DNA of 63,997 nucleotides, counting the filler, from Stramenopiles sp. TOSAG23-6 (lineage: Eukaryota): the NCBI GenBank assembly GCA_900128565.1. It is 7 parts of 7 records of this genome, joined end to end, with 100 filler letters (N's around TTAATTAATTAA, not from the genome) between each part and the next. Parts side by side here need not be neighbours in the genome. Positions count along the whole stretch, not along the records: positions 56,493 to 63,997 come from LT636557.1; 6 more parts are not named here. One strand, given 5' to 3'. Below the pieces are notes generated by a model, which was not told where the DNA came from, ran no database searches, and saw nothing but the letters and a program-made list of their open reading frames with translations. The position numbers were made by a program, and so were the translations under genes. This document shows, piece by piece, positions 61,670-63,997 of the stretch; within the stretch, counting starts at the first letter, position 1; each line of letters starts with the position of its first letter.

Positions 61670-62929
61670 TCACAGATCATAATGAGAATAGGAGTTATCT
61701 TTTCGTTGCTCCTGTTCTGCAACTTTGTGTACTTCATCTTCACACCTCTGTATACTTACAGCCCATTTGCCAGTACTCACAACATTATTACAAAATCGTT
61801 CTACTGCCTGCTCTAAAGTCTCTCCATTATTTATCCATTCAAATGTGATATTTTCCCCAGACAGCACAAATATGCGCCTCAGGTGGACGTGTTTTCGCTT
61901 CATAGCTGTATAAACACTGTAAAGTATTTTTACATCTCTCTCCTTTCGCCAATAGGTGACTCCTGCACTCCCCGACACAAAGAGCATTGGTTCATTTATT
62001 TGATGAGTAGCACGAAACTCATAAACGGCTCTGCGACCACTTGCAACACAATAATCATCAATTATAACAAATCCTCCGATTTGAATTTTGCTATATAAAT
62101 TGTACAAAACATCCATATAACCTTCGTACATATCACAATCTATTCTTAAGACTGCAATTTTGTCAATTTCAGTCTTTGGTAGACTCTCATAGTAAAATCC
62201 TTCTATGAAATGCAAATTATCATCAAACAGATCTAATCGTTTAAAATTAGATTGAACACTATTCAATGATATTCTAGTTTCTTTCAAAAATTGCCAAAAA
62301 TCAAAATCCTCCACTTCAGACTTAATTGAGTGGTAGGGAAGCCCCTTAAAACTATCCGCAAGAATAATGCGGCGATTAGATTCACCAAGTGTTTTTAGAA
62401 CAGCTTGTGCAAATATACATGATCCACCTTTCCAGACACCTGCTTCGAAATAGTCTCCTGGAATGCCTTCACTAATCACAGTTTCTAAGGTGAAACGAAT
62501 GTTATCCAATGATACCTCTTCGAGCATAGTTAATTTATTCAGCGACCCAAATCTAAGCTGTAGAGCTTTATTCATTTTGTCTGTTATAGCCTTTGATGCA
62601 ACTGTATCTTTCAAGACTTTTTTCATAAGATTCAGGTAGCGATTTTCGCTAAATGACATGGTTGTAACAGGCGTAAGTTGTTGGCGCATTTTAATTTGTG
62701 TAGAAATTTCATCCAAACAGTTGAGTGCTTTAACTTTCCAATCGTGGCTATCACAAAAGCGAGCTGCCACTATTGTAGCATTATTAGCTTTTGTGAAGTC
62801 AATGCGGAAGTTTTCAAAATACACATGATTCAAGCCAAATGCTCCTATCTGACAGCCACCAAATAGATCTGCTGATGCTAGCGCCGCTGTGAGGAGTAAG
62901 AAAACTAAAGTTAGCATTCCAAATTGCAT
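61670..62929 (-). CDS. TylF/MycF-family O-methyltransferase with signal peptide
   Basis: IPGDYFEAGVWKGGS, LADSFKGLP, IEGFYYESLP, LRIDCDMYE and GGFVIIDDY motifs. Confidence 0.92.
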   Translation of the reverse strand: MQFGMLTLVFLLLTAALASADLFGGCQIGAFGLNHVYFENFRIDFTKANNATIVAARFCDSHDWKVKALNCLDEISTQIKMRQQLTPVTTMSFSENRYLNLMKKVLKDTVASKAITDKMNKALQLRFGSLNKLTMLEEVSLDNIRFTLETVISEGIPGDYFEAGVWKGGSCIFAQAVLKTLGESNRRIILADSFKGLPYHSIKSEVEDFDFWQFLKETRISLNSVQSNFKRLDLFDDNLHFIEGFYYESLPKTEIDKIAVLRIDCDMYEGYMDVLYNLYSKIQIGGFVIIDDYCVASGRRAVYEFRATHQINEPMLFVSGSAGVTYWRKERDVKILYSVYTAMKRKHVHLRRIFVLSGENITFEWINNGETLEQAVERFCNNVVSTGKWAVSIQRCEDEVHKVAEQEQRKDNSYSHYDL

Positions 62930-63164
62930 TTTCTTGAAAAGATTTACGGTATTGAATCCAATTTGAAATACTAAAATGAATGGTGTAGATAACCGGCGTA
63001 TCCTCCACAATGGAAAAATTTGAAAAAATTATTTAAAATCGTGAACCCTAACCCTAACGACGACCGACAATGTCGTACCGACTGGTCAAGACTCACTCGC
63101 GGCCAAAACGCCAACCAAAATTAAAGTCTTTGTATTGTGAATTTTAATTTATTAGTGATGCAAA

Positions 63165-63909
63165 ATGTCGAATTCAGTAATTTTAGCGACAGCTGGTTAT
63201 GATCACACTATCCGATTTTGGAAAGCTTCTAATGGAGTTTGTTATCGAACGTTGCAGTTTGCAGACTCACAGGTGAATCGCTTAGAAATTACTCCAAACA
63301 AGAAATACATTGCAGCTGCAGGTAACCCTCATGTTCGCTTATTTGAAATTGATAGTGGAAACCCTAATCCAATTTATTGCTATGACGGTCATACGGCGAG
63401 TGTTACTGCTGTAGGCTTTCAGAAAGATAGTAAATGGATGTACACAGGAAGTGAAGATGGGACAGTCAAAATTTGGGATTTGAGAGCTCGTGGTTGTCAA
63501 AGAGACTATGAGAGTTCTGCCCCTGTGAATAGTGTAGTTTTACATCCTAACCAAGCAGAACTTATTTCTGGCGATCGAGATGGTGTTATTAGAGTGTGGG
63601 ATTTGACTGCAAATAAATGCGTCAAAGAATTTAGACCGGATGGTAAGATGTTCGTTTTCATCATGAATTTCAAATTTATGTTTTTTTCGTAGAAAATTCC
63701 ATACCTAACGATTTTTTTTTTTTTAAATTTTTCACAATACATTGCAATTCAGTCGACTTCTATAGCAGCGGATGCTTCGTTATTTGTAGCAGCAACTGCA
63801 ACTGGGCACTGCTACGTATGGCGCCCACGTGACGATTACAAACCTGTTCAAAGATTCAAAGCACATAATGGCTATATTTTAAAGTGTCAACTCAGTCCGG
63901 ACTTGAGAT
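63165..63909 (+). CDS. LST8: TOR complex subunit LST8 (exons 63165-63649, 63743-63909; continues)
   Basis: [42 protein letters not shown]. Confidence 0.97.
63650..63742 (+). mobile_element. Introner-family intron, GT-AT
   Basis: aag at|GTTCGT...TACCTAAC...CACAATACAT|t gca restores PDGKIAIQS; the next AG is out of frame. Confidence 0.88.
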
Positions 63910-63997
63910 GTATGTTTTTTTTTTTTTTTTTCAAATTCGAATTTTTTTTTTCGTACGAAATTTTGTACCTAACGATTTTTTTTGAAATATTTTTCCA
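63910..63997 (+). mobile_element. Introner-family intron cut by the window end
   Basis: aga t|GTATGT plus full consensus core. Confidence 0.85.

Noticed and set aside
63648-63740. Reading the family as U12 AT-AC introns by sliding 2 nt
   Set aside because: No ATATCCTT donor. GTAYGT and CTAAC are U2-type. Copies ending ATGTAT, TAAAT or ATATAT, or with exons ending TG, AG or GT, cannot be AT-AC, whereas GT-AT fits them

Overview
AT-rich eukaryotic nuclear DNA, probably a stramenopile (inferred from histone H3 residues [15 protein letters not shown] and a GGTGTT..AACACC histone stem-loop). The window is seven unrelated contigs of about 9.3 kb or less, joined by artificial N44-TTAATTAATTAA-N44 linkers. 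About 35 genes are recognisable, including H3, kinesin-4, APC5, DCTN5, Tim10, ABCC, a UCP-like carrier, a TRF4-like polymerase, acylphosphatase, SPRING1-like, PPR, TylF and LST8. The main result is a family of about 37 related ~90-130 nt elements that interrupt coding sequence, all in gene-sense orientation where the host gene is clear. Consensus: AT|GTAYGTTTT..CAAATTCGAATTT..TTTCGTACGAAATTTTGTACCTAAC..AAATATTTTTCCAAAATACAT|. They have a U2-type donor and branch point. Conserved protein motifs are restored only when the intron ends at AT, not AG. With ATGTAT/ATACAT inverted ends and an apparent AT duplication, they look like an introner (intron-generating transposon) family that makes mostly non-canonical GT-AT introns. 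One ordinary GT-AG intron (Tim10) occurs alongside them. All splice calls come from manual frame and motif reconstruction, without RNA data.
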